Assembly (NCBI GenBank): GCA_963786105.1
Contig: CAWAXX010000012.1
Location: 194,999 to 258,998, forward strand
DNA length: 64,000 nt
Direction of reading: 5' to 3'
From: Vulcanimicrobiota bacterium
GTDB taxonomy: Bacteria > Vulcanimicrobiota > Vulcanimicrobiia > Vulcanimicrobiales > Vulcanimicrobiaceae
Shown here: in pieces, positions 21,534 through 36,195 of the stretch
Position numbering within the stretch: the first letter of the stretch is position 1
Layout: each line of letters starts with the position of its first letter
Notes under the pieces: generated by a model
Told to the model about the DNA's origin: nothing
What the model saw: only the letters and a program-made list of their open reading frames with translations
The model's database searches: none
Made by a program: the position numbers and the translations under genes

Positions 21534-22622
21534 GTGTGCGATCTACGCGTTCGCTGGTTGCTCGATACCGTTGCGCAACTCCTGGAGGCGTCACGCCGCT
21601 CGAGCGAGGCGGTGATCGCGACGTTGGATCGCGCCTTTCGTGCGTTCGACCATCGACTCGACAGCGTGCTGCTGTTCGTTCCGGCCCACGCGAGTCTCGC
21701 GTGCGTTTACGCCGGCGGCGAGCGGGCCGAGCGTCACCGGCGTCTCGTACTCCCGCTTGACCAATCGTATCGATTACCGGTGCGAGCCGCACTAGCCGGT
21801 CGTCGTGCTCTGCTGCCGGAAGACGGCGCCGCGCTCTTACCGGCGGATCGATTCGCCATAGCGGCGCCGATGCTCGATCGGCAGACGCTGCTCGCGGTTG
21901 CCTACGTTTCGTCTGTCGAGTCCCTCTCGGCGTCGATCGAAGACGCCATCGTTCCGGCAATCGAGTGCGCTGCCGCACCGTACGCCATTGCCCTCGAGCG
22001 CGAAGCCGACCGAGCCGGCGCAATGCACGACGGTCTTACCGGGCTGCTGTCACCGGAAGCGTTCCGGCACCGGCTTCGCGACGAAGTAATGCGGGCCGCC
22101 GCCGCCCACGGCCGCCGCGCGCTCTGTCTCTGGTTCGCGGACGCCGATCGCTTCAAGGAAGTCAACGATCGCTTCGGACATCGTGCCGGCGACGCGGTGC
22201 TAAAGGCAATGGCGTCCCTCCTAGGGGCGCACGCGATTGCCGGCGTCGACGTGGTGGCGCGCAATGGCGGCGACGAGTTCTGCGCGCTGCTTCGCTGCAG
22301 CACCAAAGATCGCGCCATCGAGCGCGCGCGGGTATTCTGCAACGCGGTGCGCCGCCACGATTTCGGATTACCGATTGGCATCACCGTCAGCCTCGGCGTT
22401 GCGGCGTATCCACACGATGCGACGAGTGCCGGTACGTTATTGGAAAGAGCGGATGCCGCGATGTATCACGGTAAGCGCAACGGCCGAGATCGGGTTTCCT
22501 TTTTCGTCGCATCGGGAGCGTTCGCGTCGCTGCGTGCGGAGGCCGCAAGCGAACTATCGCGAAGCCCTTTGCGGTGCCGTTCGAACCTCGGCGAATGCTC
22601 TGCGGAACGCTGCTCGCCATAG
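21534..22622 (+). CDS. Diguanylate cyclase with GAF-like N-terminus
   Basis: DGLTGLL, DADRFKEVNDRFGH, ARNGGDEF, ADAAMY. Confidence 0.88.
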   Translation: MCDLRVRWLLDTVAQLLEASRRSSEAVIATLDRAFRAFDHRLDSVLLFVPAHASLACVYAGGERAERHRRLVLPLDQSYRLPVRAALAGRRALLPEDGAALLPADRFAIAAPMLDRQTLLAVAYVSSVESLSASIEDAIVPAIECAAAPYAIALEREADRAGAMHDGLTGLLSPEAFRHRLRDEVMRAAAAHGRRALCLWFADADRFKEVNDRFGHRAGDAVLKAMASLLGAHAIAGVDVVARNGGDEFCALLRCSTKDRAIERARVFCNAVRRHDFGLPIGITVSLGVAAYPHDATSAGTLLERADAAMYHGKRNGRDRVSFFVASGAFASLRAEAASELSRSPLRCRSNLGECSAERCSP

Positions 22623-23839
22623 CGATATTTGCCGCGGGTTTCGCCGTCGTGATGGCCGCGTCGCAACGGCCCAACCAGCTGGATCGACGAGTCGACGCGC
22701 TTTCGGTAAGCGATTTGATGTCGCAGCCGGCGATCGCGCTGGTCGATTCTGCGCGCCAGGCGGCGGCTTTGCGCCGCACCGAACTGACCCTGCCGGGTTG
22801 GCTGTTGACGGCCGTCTTGGAGGCTGCCGCGCTTGCGTATTTTTGGAGCTCGGGAGCGGCGGCGGCGCTCCGCGACCGCCTACGCCGCCGCCTGCACTCG
22901 GAGTGGAGCGTACGCTTCGTTTTTGGTGCGGTGCTCGCGCTGATCGCACGCTTGGCGGCGCTGATTCCGGCGTTCTATTTGTATCGCGTCGAGCGAATCA
23001 TGGATCTTTCGGTCGAGCTAACTCGCCTATGGGCGCTCTTTTGGGTCGGGCATACCCTTCTCGCGATGCTCGTCGCGGGCGTCATCGTGTCGATCGTGTT
23101 GTGGTTGGTCGATCGCACGCATCAGTGGTACGCGTATACGATCGTCATCATTCTGGGCGTAAGCATCGCCTGGTCGTATGCGAGTCCGCTCTTCGAAGTT
23201 TCGGGCGCGAGCGGTTTACGGCCGGCCCGCGGCGACGTTCAAGCCCGCGTCGACGAAGCGCTCGCCCGCGGCCGCGTCCCCGCAGTCCCCGTTTTGGTAG
23301 AAACCGCCCCAACGTCGTCGATCGCCGACGCCGTCGTCGTCGGGCTGGGACCGTTTCGCCGCGTGGTGCTGACGCGATCGTTCGTTTCCGGTAGCACCGT
23401 TCCCGAAATCGTCTATAAAGTGACCTACGAGATCGGACACGTCCTCCACGCCGATCCGCTCTTCTTTGCCTTGATCGAAGGTGGAATCATCATCGTATTC
23501 TCGGCCTTGGCGGTCGTGCTGGCCGATCGGGTCAGATTTCGGCGCGACGACGATCCGCTCTCTCGACTCGCGCTGGTAGGAGCGTTGCTGGCAATCGTGT
23601 ATCTTGCCGCCGTTCCGGTTCGCAACGCGGCGTTACGATCGTACGATCTGGATGCCGATCGATATGCGGTGAGCCTGACGAGCGACCGCGCCTCGGCAGT
23701 GCGGGCGATCGTGCGCGCCGCGGATCAACGCATGGATGAAGCGTGTCCCGAGATGTTACCGAACCTGTTTCTCGACGTTCATCCCAGCCCGGCGTTCCGC
23801 ATAGCCGCAATAAACGGCGCAGCCACCGGGTGCCCTTAG
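22595..23839 (+). CDS. M48/Ste24-like membrane protein with degenerate Zn motif
   Basis: Ste24-like TM layout, GLGPFRRVVL and C-terminal HPS…RI; HExxH reads YEIGH. Confidence 0.7.
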   Translation: MLCGTLLAIAIFAAGFAVVMAASQRPNQLDRRVDALSVSDLMSQPAIALVDSARQAAALRRTELTLPGWLLTAVLEAAALAYFWSSGAAAALRDRLRRRLHSEWSVRFVFGAVLALIARLAALIPAFYLYRVERIMDLSVELTRLWALFWVGHTLLAMLVAGVIVSIVLWLVDRTHQWYAYTIVIILGVSIAWSYASPLFEVSGASGLRPARGDVQARVDEALARGRVPAVPVLVETAPTSSIADAVVVGLGPFRRVVLTRSFVSGSTVPEIVYKVTYEIGHVLHADPLFFALIEGGIIIVFSALAVVLADRVRFRRDDDPLSRLALVGALLAIVYLAAVPVRNAALRSYDLDADRYAVSLTSDRASAVRAIVRAADQRMDEACPEMLPNLFLDVHPSPAFRIAAINGAATGCP

Positions 23840-23943
23840 GAAACGCCATGATTTGTTCCATCTCTTCGTCGTCTCGGGTCTCATTTGCCGTAGCAAACTT
23901 CGACCCTCGACTCCTCGATTCGAAGACAAATCATGGCGTTTCC
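23839..23943. repeat. Palindromic intergenic element, copy 1
   Basis: Core GATTTGT…ACAAATC is homologous to 38724-38805. Perfect 18-bp inverted repeat GGAAACGCCATGATTTGT / ACAAATCATGGCGTTTCC. Confidence 0.85.
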
Positions 23944-24506
23944 CACCTGTTTGCAAAGCGCATGGCCGGATCGAGGCCTTCCTTCAACCACAGTTCCACG
24001 GCGCCGGCCGCGGCGGCGACGATTGCCGGAAGCTCGCGCAACTCGTCTTTGTTGAACGGGCTGAGCACGTGGTCGACCGAGTCGTATTCCGGGCGTCCCA
24101 CCCCGATGCGTAAGCGCGGAAATCCGTCGCCGATCGTCGCGATGATCGAGCGCAGTCCGTTGTGGCCGCCGTGTCCGCCGAACGGGCGCATGCGTAATCT
24201 GCCGAACGGCAAGTCCATCTCATCGACGACGACCAGAACGCCCTCGGGAGGCGTGCGGTACCACGACGAAATCAAGCGGATAGGGGTGCCGCTGAGATTC
24301 ATGAACGACGTCGGCTTGACGAACGCGATGCGGTTGACCGAATCGAAAGCCTGCTCGGCGCTGTCCTTTTTCTTCCAACTCGCGATCCCGTAGCGCCGCG
24401 CAACTTCGTCGACCACCATGAAGCCGGCGTTGTGCCGGGTCGCCGCGTACTCTTTTCCGGGATTGCCGAGACCGACGACGAGCCGCGGCGTTCCTATGTC
24501 GGCCAG
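23931..24506 (-). CDS. pth: Peptidyl-tRNA hydrolase
   Basis: LVVGLGNPG…TRHNAGF lies upstream of the track's ATG; KPTSFMNLSG, GGHNGLRS, RLRIGVGRP; probable CTG start at 24506. Confidence 0.95.
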   Translation of the reverse strand: MADIGTPRLVVGLGNPGKEYAATRHNAGFMVVDEVARRYGIASWKKKDSAEQAFDSVNRIAFVKPTSFMNLSGTPIRLISSWYRTPPEGVLVVVDEMDLPFGRLRMRPFGGHGGHNGLRSIIATIGDGFPRLRIGVGRPEYDSVDHVLSPFNKDELRELPAIVAAAAGAVELWLKEGLDPAMRFANRWETP

Positions 24507-24509
24507 GCG

Positions 24510-25163
24510 CTATTGCTCCGTTGGGGCCGGCGTCTCGCCGATGACCTCAGGCTCCGGCGCTTCGGCCGGACCGGCGGCCGCTTCTTCGAGCTCGCGCTCG
24601 GTGCGCGACGGCTCGATCGATACGACGGTGGTCTCGGCGGGCGTGAGCATCTTGAAACCGCTGGGAAGTTTGACGTCGCCGGCGACGATATGTTCGTGCA
24701 GACCGAGTTCCGAAACGTCGATCTCGATATTCTCGGGAATGCTATCGGCCGGGCCCTCGATCTCCAACTCGTGGGTGACGACGTCCATGACGCCGCCAGA
24801 CTCGCGCAGACCGCGCGCCACTCCGACCGTCACCACGGCCAGTTTTGCGCCAATACTTTCCTTGGCGGAAACGCGCTGCAGGTCTGCGTGGAGCACTCGA
24901 TGTGAAACGGGATGGTACTGAACGACCCGAACGAGCGCCGTTTCCCCCGTTTTCGCCCCACCCGCGAGCGTAACGATGGCGTTGCGGCCGCCGCGATGAA
25001 GCAACTCCTCGAACGCGTGCGCATCGATGGCCAGGTGTTCGGGAGCGGTTCCGTGCCCGTACAGCACGGCCGGAATCTTGCCGGCATGGCGCAGGCCGTT
25101 GGCGCCGGTCGTACCGAGCTTCTCGCGGGGTTCGATAGTGAGCTTGAGCTCCTTGGTAGCCAC
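24510..25163 (-). CDS. rplY: 50S ribosomal protein L25 / Ctc
   Basis: LRHAGKIPAVLYGHG, QYHPV, HADL; GTG 25163 preceded by GAAAGG. Confidence 0.93.
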   Translation of the reverse strand: MATKELKLTIEPREKLGTTGANGLRHAGKIPAVLYGHGTAPEHLAIDAHAFEELLHRGGRNAIVTLAGGAKTGETALVRVVQYHPVSHRVLHADLQRVSAKESIGAKLAVVTVGVARGLRESGGVMDVVTHELEIEGPADSIPENIEIDVSELGLHEHIVAGDVKLPSGFKMLTPAETTVVSIEPSRTERELEEAAAGPAEAPEPEVIGETPAPTEQ

Positions 25164-25284
25164 GTTGTACCTTTCCGAGGACTTTCCGATGTCTGTGGTA
25201 TCTTCGTCGTTTCGGGCTCCATTTACCACGGTAAACGTCGGCCCCGGCCTCCCAAATCCCGAAAAAGCTACACCCGCTCGCCGG

Positions 25285-26307
25285 TTAGGCGATGGTTGCG
25301 GGTTCGGGCAGCAGCACCGGCCGGTCGAGTTTCGAGGGGTCCTCGCCGGAAAAGAGTTCCGATACCGAACGGTTGGTCGTGATTCGGCTAATTGCGTCGG
25401 CGAACGTCTGGGCGATCGAGAGTTGAACGAATTTCGGATGCATCTCGACGTTCTCTAACGGAACGGTGTTGGTAACGATCACCCTTTCGATGCCGGAGTG
25501 TTCGAGTACGTCGACCGCGTCGCCGGCAAAGATTCCGTGCGAAGCAACCGTGTAAACCTGCGTCGCCCCCCGCGCTTTGATCGCCTCGGCCGCTCGAGCG
25601 AGCGTTCCACCGGTCGAGATCATATCGTCGACGATGACGGCGACTCGACCCGCTACCTCACCGACGATGTCGGTTACTTCGGAAACGTCCGGTTCCGGCC
25701 GCCGCTTAAAAACGATGGCCAGCGAGCTGTTAAGCCGCTTGGCAAAAATCTCCGCGCGGTGCACGCCGCCGGCATCGGGCGAAACCACCACGATCTTCTC
25801 GTCGCAGAGACCCTCTTTTTTCAAGTAGTTGCATAACACCGGCATCGCCATCAGATTGTCGACCGGAATGTCGAAAAACCCCTGAATCTGCGCGGCGTGG
25901 AGGTCCATCGTGACGATCCGCTTCGATCCGGTGACTTTTAAGAGATTGGCGACGACTTTGGCCGAGATCGGCTCGCGGCCTTTGGTTTTCTTGTCTTGCT
26001 TGGCGTATCCGTAGTAGGGGATGACGGCGGTGATGCGCGCGGCCGACGCGCGTCGCAGCGCGTCGATCATCAACAGCAACTCCATGAGCGCGTCGTTGAC
26101 GCTTTTGCCGGTCGGAGTCTTGCAGATCGACTGTATGACGAAGACTTCCGATCCCCGAACGTTCTCGCCGATCTCCACCCGCGTTTCCGCGTTTCGAAAT
26201 TCGGTAACCAGCGCCTTGCCCACGTGGAGCTTCAAGCGTTTGGCGATCTCTTCGGCAAGTTGCGGATTGGAGTTTCCGCTGAAGATGAGCGGCGGATTCT
26301 GGCTCAA
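25285..26307 (-). CDS. prs: Ribose-phosphate pyrophosphokinase
   Basis: IPYYGYAKQDKK, DLHAAQIQGFF, VSPDAGG, VDDMISTGGT; TTG 26307 preceded by GGAG. Confidence 0.96.
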   Translation of the reverse strand: MSQNPPLIFSGNSNPQLAEEIAKRLKLHVGKALVTEFRNAETRVEIGENVRGSEVFVIQSICKTPTGKSVNDALMELLLMIDALRRASAARITAVIPYYGYAKQDKKTKGREPISAKVVANLLKVTGSKRIVTMDLHAAQIQGFFDIPVDNLMAMPVLCNYLKKEGLCDEKIVVVSPDAGGVHRAEIFAKRLNSSLAIVFKRRPEPDVSEVTDIVGEVAGRVAVIVDDMISTGGTLARAAEAIKARGATQVYTVASHGIFAGDAVDVLEHSGIERVIVTNTVPLENVEMHPKFVQLSIAQTFADAISRITTNRSVSELFSGEDPSKLDRPVLLPEPATIA

Positions 26308-26473
26308 GGCTGTTCTCCCCGGGGCGAGTAGCAGCGGAGCGCACAAGTTCACGCGAGGTTCCCTGGCTTCCTGGAGCGTCGCGAAGCCCCGGGCTGCGCA
26401 GGGATGACCTTTTCAACCGTCCCCCACGATCGCCGGGCAACCTCCTGAGGGCGCGGGGCGGTTTCAACAAAGC

Positions 26474-28519
26474 ATGCCCCAAAAGTTTGAGCTGGTTTCG
26501 CCGTTTGCCCTGGCCGGCGATCAGCCGAAGGCAACCCAAGAGCTGGCGGAGGGGGTCCTGCGCGGCGATCGCATCCAAACGCTGCTGGGCGTTACCGGCA
26601 GCGGAAAAACCATGGCGATGGCGCGGACGGTCGAGCTCGTGCAAAAGCCGACCCTGGTGTTGTGCCACAACAAGACCCTGGCCGCTCAGTTGTGCGCCGA
26701 GTTCCGGGAGTTCTTCCCGAGGAACGCCGTCGAATATTTCGTCTCCTATTTCGACTACTATCAGCCCGAAGCGTACGTCGCGTCAACCGACACGTACATC
26801 GAAAAGGACAGCTCGGTGAACGACGAGATCGAGCGTTTGCGCCACTCGGCGACCCAGTCGCTGCTGACGCGGCCGGACACGCTCATCGTCGCGTCGGTCT
26901 CGTGCATTTTCGGTCTCGGCTCGCCGTCGGACTACATGGAGATGTCGGCACGCGTGCGAGTCGGCGACAGCTTCGATCGCGACGCGCTTCTGCGCAAGCT
27001 TGTCGATATGCAGTATCGGCGCAACGACATCAACCTCGTCCGCGGCACGTTTCGCGTCCGGGGCGACGTTCTGGAGTTCGTTGGCGTCGACGAAGAGCTG
27101 GTACATCGCATCGAATTTTTTGGCGACGACATCGAGTCCATCAGCGTCGTCAATATTCTGACCGGCGAGTACGTCGAAAGCAAAACCGAGCTTCTCATCT
27201 TTCCCGCCAAGCATTTCATTACGCCCGACGAAAAGCTGCGACGCGCTGTCGATTCGATCCAAGTCGAGCTCGATGAACGGCTGCAGTATTTCAAGCGGCA
27301 CGGAAAACTGCTCGAAGCGCAACGGTTGGAAATGCGCACGCGGTACGACCTCGACATGCTGCGCGAAGTCGGCTACTGCAACGGTATCGAAAATTATTCG
27401 CGCCATCTCACCGGGCGCGAAGCGGGTTCGACGCCGTGGTGTTTGATCGATTTCTTTCCCAAAGACTGGTTACTGTTCGTCGACGAATCCCACGTAACGC
27501 TGCCGCAGGTACGCGGCATGTATGCCGGCGATCGCTCGCGCAAGCAAGTCTTGGTCGAGCACGGCTTCCGGTTACCGAGTGCGCTGGACAACCGTCCCCT
27601 CACCTACGAGGAGTTCGACGCTCACCTTTGCCAGGCAATTTACGTCTCGGCGACGCCGGGAACGTACGAGACCGGCCGCAGCTCGCAGGTCGTCGAGATG
27701 ATCATTCGGCCTACGGGTCTGGTGGATCCGGAAGTCGAGGTTCGCCCTACACGCAATCAGGTCGACGATTTGATGGAAGAGATTCGCCGGCGGGTGGAGC
27801 GCCAAGAGCGCGTGCTGGTGACCACGCTCACCAAGAAGATGGCCGAAGATCTTACGGATTTCTTGCTCGAGATGGGTTTGCGCGCGCGCTACCTGCATAG
27901 CGAAGTCGACACGCTCGAGCGCGTCGCCATCTTGCGCGACCTACGCATGGGCGTTTTCGACGTTCTGGTCGGAATCAATCTCCTGCGCGAAGGCCTCGAC
28001 CTTCCGGAAGTCTCGATGGTCGGCATCCTCGATGCCGACAAGGAAGGATACTTGCGCAGCGGCACGTCGCTCATACAGACGATCGGTCGTGCGGCGCGCC
28101 ACGTCGAGGGAAAGGTCCTGATGTACGCCGACGTCGTTACCGAATCGATGGCGCGCGCCATCGGCGAAACGCGACGGCGCCGCGAGCGGCAGATTGCCTA
28201 CAACCGCCTGCACGGGATAGAACCGCGTTCGATTCGCAAAGAAATTCACGATATCCTAAGCCTGGTGGGCGCCACCCAAGAGAACGCTGCGAAGTTCAAG
28301 CTCGATAAACTTCCCCGCGAGGTCGCCCTAAAAACCGTCGCCGAACTCGAGCGCAAGATGCGCGAGTTCGCCGCCAACCTCGAGTTCGAGAAGGCGGCCG
28401 CCTTGCGCGACGAACTCATCGAGCTGCGCAAGCAAATCGGCGGAAACGAAGGCGTGCTCTTTGGTGGCAGGGCGCCGAAAATTTTCGATCGCGCCCTGCA
28501 AGAGCTCGTGTCTTCCTGA
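26474..28519 (+). CDS. uvrB: Excinuclease ABC subunit B
   Basis: [34 protein letters not shown]. Confidence 0.97.
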   Translation: MPQKFELVSPFALAGDQPKATQELAEGVLRGDRIQTLLGVTGSGKTMAMARTVELVQKPTLVLCHNKTLAAQLCAEFREFFPRNAVEYFVSYFDYYQPEAYVASTDTYIEKDSSVNDEIERLRHSATQSLLTRPDTLIVASVSCIFGLGSPSDYMEMSARVRVGDSFDRDALLRKLVDMQYRRNDINLVRGTFRVRGDVLEFVGVDEELVHRIEFFGDDIESISVVNILTGEYVESKTELLIFPAKHFITPDEKLRRAVDSIQVELDERLQYFKRHGKLLEAQRLEMRTRYDLDMLREVGYCNGIENYSRHLTGREAGSTPWCLIDFFPKDWLLFVDESHVTLPQVRGMYAGDRSRKQVLVEHGFRLPSALDNRPLTYEEFDAHLCQAIYVSATPGTYETGRSSQVVEMIIRPTGLVDPEVEVRPTRNQVDDLMEEIRRRVERQERVLVTTLTKKMAEDLTDFLLEMGLRARYLHSEVDTLERVAILRDLRMGVFDVLVGINLLREGLDLPEVSMVGILDADKEGYLRSGTSLIQTIGRAARHVEGKVLMYADVVTESMARAIGETRRRRERQIAYNRLHGIEPRSIRKEIHDILSLVGATQENAAKFKLDKLPREVALKTVAELERKMREFAANLEFEKAAALRDELIELRKQIGGNEGVLFGGRAPKIFDRALQELVSS

Positions 28520-28579
28520 GCGCAGGCGCACTTCGACTCGCAAGGAGTAGCCGGGACGGTGACCCAAACCTCGTTCGAT

Positions 28580-29344
28580 ATGACCGAAGCGCTCGGTGAA
28601 ATTCTTATCGTTGCCGTATTCGCCGGCATTGCGGTGGTGCTGCATGCGATTTGGCAGCGACGCTTCAAGAGCGAACTTCTCCGCAAACACAACGACGTGG
28701 CTGGCTTCCTCTTTTCGGCGGTCGGTGTAATTTATGCGGTCGTCTTAGGGTTCGTCGTCGTGGTCGTATGGGAAAAATACGACGGGACGGTCGCGAACGT
28801 GGAATCGGAAATCGCCGCAGTATCGGACCTGTACCGGACGGTAGGCGGCTTATCGAATCCGTCGCGCTCGGAGATCCGTAGCCAGCTTCAGACCTATACC
28901 AGCGGAATCATTAACTCGGAATGGCCCCTCATGTCGCAGCGCGCGATGGTTCCAAAAGACTTGGCGCTGCTCGAGACCTTGGCCCACCGAGTCGACACGT
29001 ACGTCCCAAAAACGTCGGGCGAGGCCGACGCCCAGCAGATGGCGATGACGCAACTCGAGAGACTGTTCGATGCGCGGCGGCTTCGACTGATCCAATCGGC
29101 GCCCTCGGTGCCCATGGTCCTATGGTTCGCACTGGTTGCCGGCGCGCTGGCGATGCTTTCTTTTGCCTTTCTGTTCGGCGTAGAGAACCGCGGAGCGCAA
29201 CTCGTGATGACCGCCATTCTGGCGGGTCTGATCGCCATTTTCTTCATCGTGATATCCGAGTTTGACGAGCCGTTCGACGGCTCGGTGCGCATCTCGGATG
29301 ACGGGTGGATTCTCTTGCAGCAACACCTTCCTCAAATACCCTGA
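28580..29344 (+). CDS. DUF4239 (bestrophin-like) membrane protein
   Basis: GVIYAVVLGFVVVVVWEKY, PSVPxxLW, DEPFDG. Confidence 0.7.
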   Translation: MTEALGEILIVAVFAGIAVVLHAIWQRRFKSELLRKHNDVAGFLFSAVGVIYAVVLGFVVVVVWEKYDGTVANVESEIAAVSDLYRTVGGLSNPSRSEIRSQLQTYTSGIINSEWPLMSQRAMVPKDLALLETLAHRVDTYVPKTSGEADAQQMAMTQLERLFDARRLRLIQSAPSVPMVLWFALVAGALAMLSFAFLFGVENRGAQLVMTAILAGLIAIFFIVISEFDEPFDGSVRISDDGWILLQQHLPQIP

Positions 29345-29382
29345 CCCCGCAGTTGCGCGTTCCGAAAGGAGTTTCTGCTCGC

Positions 29383-29802
29383 ATGCAGCGTTTCTTGGCG
29401 CTGGCCCTTGGCGCCACACTTTTCTCGACGGTCGCCGTACCGGCGGCCGCGGCGACGCCGGCGGCAAAGGCTACGGCCACGCCGGCCGCGACGCCCGATC
29501 CCGTGGTTACGGCAACCGCGAAGACCTTCTATCATGCACTCGCGGCCGGGACGATCGACCGCTCGAAACTGAGCGCGGACGCGAATGCCAAACTGACCGA
29601 TCAGACGGTCAAAGACGTCGCCGCCAAGCTGGGTCCGCTGGGCGATCCGGTCACCTTCGACTTCGTCAAGTCTGCGCGACAGGGCGGCTCGACGCTGTAC
29701 GCCTACGTGCTCGCTTTTGTGAGCGGAGACAAGCTCGAGTACGTCGTCGGCATCGACGCGGAAGGAAAAGTAAGCGCGGTGGCGTTGAGGCCCGTTCAGT
29801 AG
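29383..29802 (+). CDS. Secreted hypothetical protein
   Basis: Signal peptide MQRFLALALG… after AAAGGAG; Ala/Pro/Thr linker. Confidence 0.7.
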   Translation: MQRFLALALGATLFSTVAVPAAAATPAAKATATPAATPDPVVTATAKTFYHALAAGTIDRSKLSADANAKLTDQTVKDVAAKLGPLGDPVTFDFVKSARQGGSTLYAYVLAFVSGDKLEYVVGIDAEGKVSAVALRPVQ

Positions 29803-29815
29803 GAACTCGCGACTG

Positions 29816-30535
29816 ATGCGGAGCGTCGACATCGTGTTGTTCGACTTAGACGATACCCTCCACGACGACACGCTTGCGTATCAGAGCGCGGCCGAAGAAG
29901 TCGCGCTCGAAATCGCCACGGAGCACGGGATCGATGCGCTGGCCCTCAAGGCGGCGTACGTCGCCGCCGCCGAGGGATTCTGGAAGCGCTTGACGGCCGA
30001 AACGCTCCAGGTCGAGCTCGCTCGAGTTCGGGAGAACCTCTGGGGAAGCGCGCTCGAAAGCGTCGGGATCGCCGATCGCGCCTTGGCTCGACGCTCCGCC
30101 GGCCGTTATAACGACTACCGCAAGAAGCACTACACGCTTTTTCCGGGAGCCGCCGACCTGCTGCGCGGGTTGCACGCACGCGGGAAGCGGCTTGGGCTGG
30201 TGACCAACGGCTTTTCCGAGACGCACCGGGAAAAGATCGCGCTCCTTCGCGTCGGCGAGTTCTTCGATGCGGTCTTCATTGCCGACGAAGTCGGCATGCT
30301 CAAGCCGGATCCGTTGCTGTTTGCGCACGCCTGCACCACGCTCGGCGGGTCGCCGTCGCGCAGCGCGATGGTAGGCGACCGCTACGAGCGCGACATTCGT
30401 GGCGCCGGCGAGGCTGGGCTGTACACGATCTGGCTGAACTTGCGCGACGAACCACTGCCGGCAGGCGCGCGCTCGCCCGACGCGACCTGCGCGACCATCG
30501 CCGACGTCGGACGCGTACTGTCCGCTCTATCGTGA
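29816..30535 (+). CDS. HAD-superfamily hydrolase
   Basis: FDLDDTL, VTNG, KPDP, MVGD. Confidence 0.9.
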   Translation: MRSVDIVLFDLDDTLHDDTLAYQSAAEEVALEIATEHGIDALALKAAYVAAAEGFWKRLTAETLQVELARVRENLWGSALESVGIADRALARRSAGRYNDYRKKHYTLFPGAADLLRGLHARGKRLGLVTNGFSETHREKIALLRVGEFFDAVFIADEVGMLKPDPLLFAHACTTLGGSPSRSAMVGDRYERDIRGAGEAGLYTIWLNLRDEPLPAGARSPDATCATIADVGRVLSALS

Positions 30536-30585
30536 GCGGGACCGAGGGCCGTAACCTTCCTTCCTTTGGAGGTTTTGAGATTCGT

Positions 30586-35569
<4,984 letters not shown>

Positions 35570-35665
35570 CACAGGCTCGGGCGCGATTTACAGTCTCTTC
35601 ATACGCCGGTATTAGACTCGCCGAAGTCGGGTTAATACTGCAACGATTAAGGAGAGTCTACGAAG

Positions 35666-36142
35666 ATGTTTCAAAGAGTCACTCTGTCCGTGCTGGTAAG
35701 CTCGCTCGCACTGGCCGCATGCGGCGGTGGCGGCGGCGGCGCAAGCGGAGGCGGGGGTTACGGACCTGTTCCGAATCCCCAGCCGACCGCGACCTCCGCA
35801 CCACAGGGTTTGCCGATCAAGCAAACCGTCGGCGGCAGCGCGGCGTGGGTGAGCCCAGCCAATAACCACACGCTCTACTATCTCGACGTCGACACGCCGA
35901 GAGGCGGCACGTGCACCGGGGGCTGCCTCAGCGTGTGGCTGACTTTCGTCCCCGCAGCAAAAACGATGGCGCAAGACGGTTTTACTATCGTTTCGCGGTC
36001 GGACGGAACGGGCAAACAGGTCGATTTTCACTCGCACCCGCTGTACGCGTACTCCGGCGACAACGGTCCCGATCAATCGAACGGTAACGGCCTATCGTTT
36101 GCGGGCGGCCATTGGCACGTGGCGCGTCCGACTCTTAAATAA
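35666..36142 (+). CDS. Secreted lipoprotein with Yx(FWY)xxD repeats (COG4315-like)
   Basis: Lipobox LAAC; TLYYLDVD, CTGGCLSVW, PLYAYSGD; RBS AAGGAG. Confidence 0.8.
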   Translation: MFQRVTLSVLVSSLALAACGGGGGGASGGGGYGPVPNPQPTATSAPQGLPIKQTVGGSAAWVSPANNHTLYYLDVDTPRGGTCTGGCLSVWLTFVPAAKTMAQDGFTIVSRSDGTGKQVDFHSHPLYAYSGDNGPDQSNGNGLSFAGGHWHVARPTLK

Positions 36143-36145
36143 GCG

Positions 36146-36186
36146 ATCATCCTGAGCGGAGGCGCGAAGCGCCGCAGTCGAAGGAC
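36146..36186 (+). repeat. REP-like palindromic element
   Basis: ATCATCCTGAGCGGAGGCGCGAAGCGCCGCAGTCGAAGGAC; same family as 1788-1825; between convergent genes. Confidence 0.7.
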
Positions 36187-36195
36187 GAAGGACGC

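Noticed and set aside
25164..25284. Possible structured leader upstream of rplY
   Set aside because: I could not derive a convincing fold or known motif by eye
26353..26473. LexA/SOS box upstream of uvrB (also checked upstream of uvrA)
   Set aside because: No shared palindrome recognisable in both upstream regions
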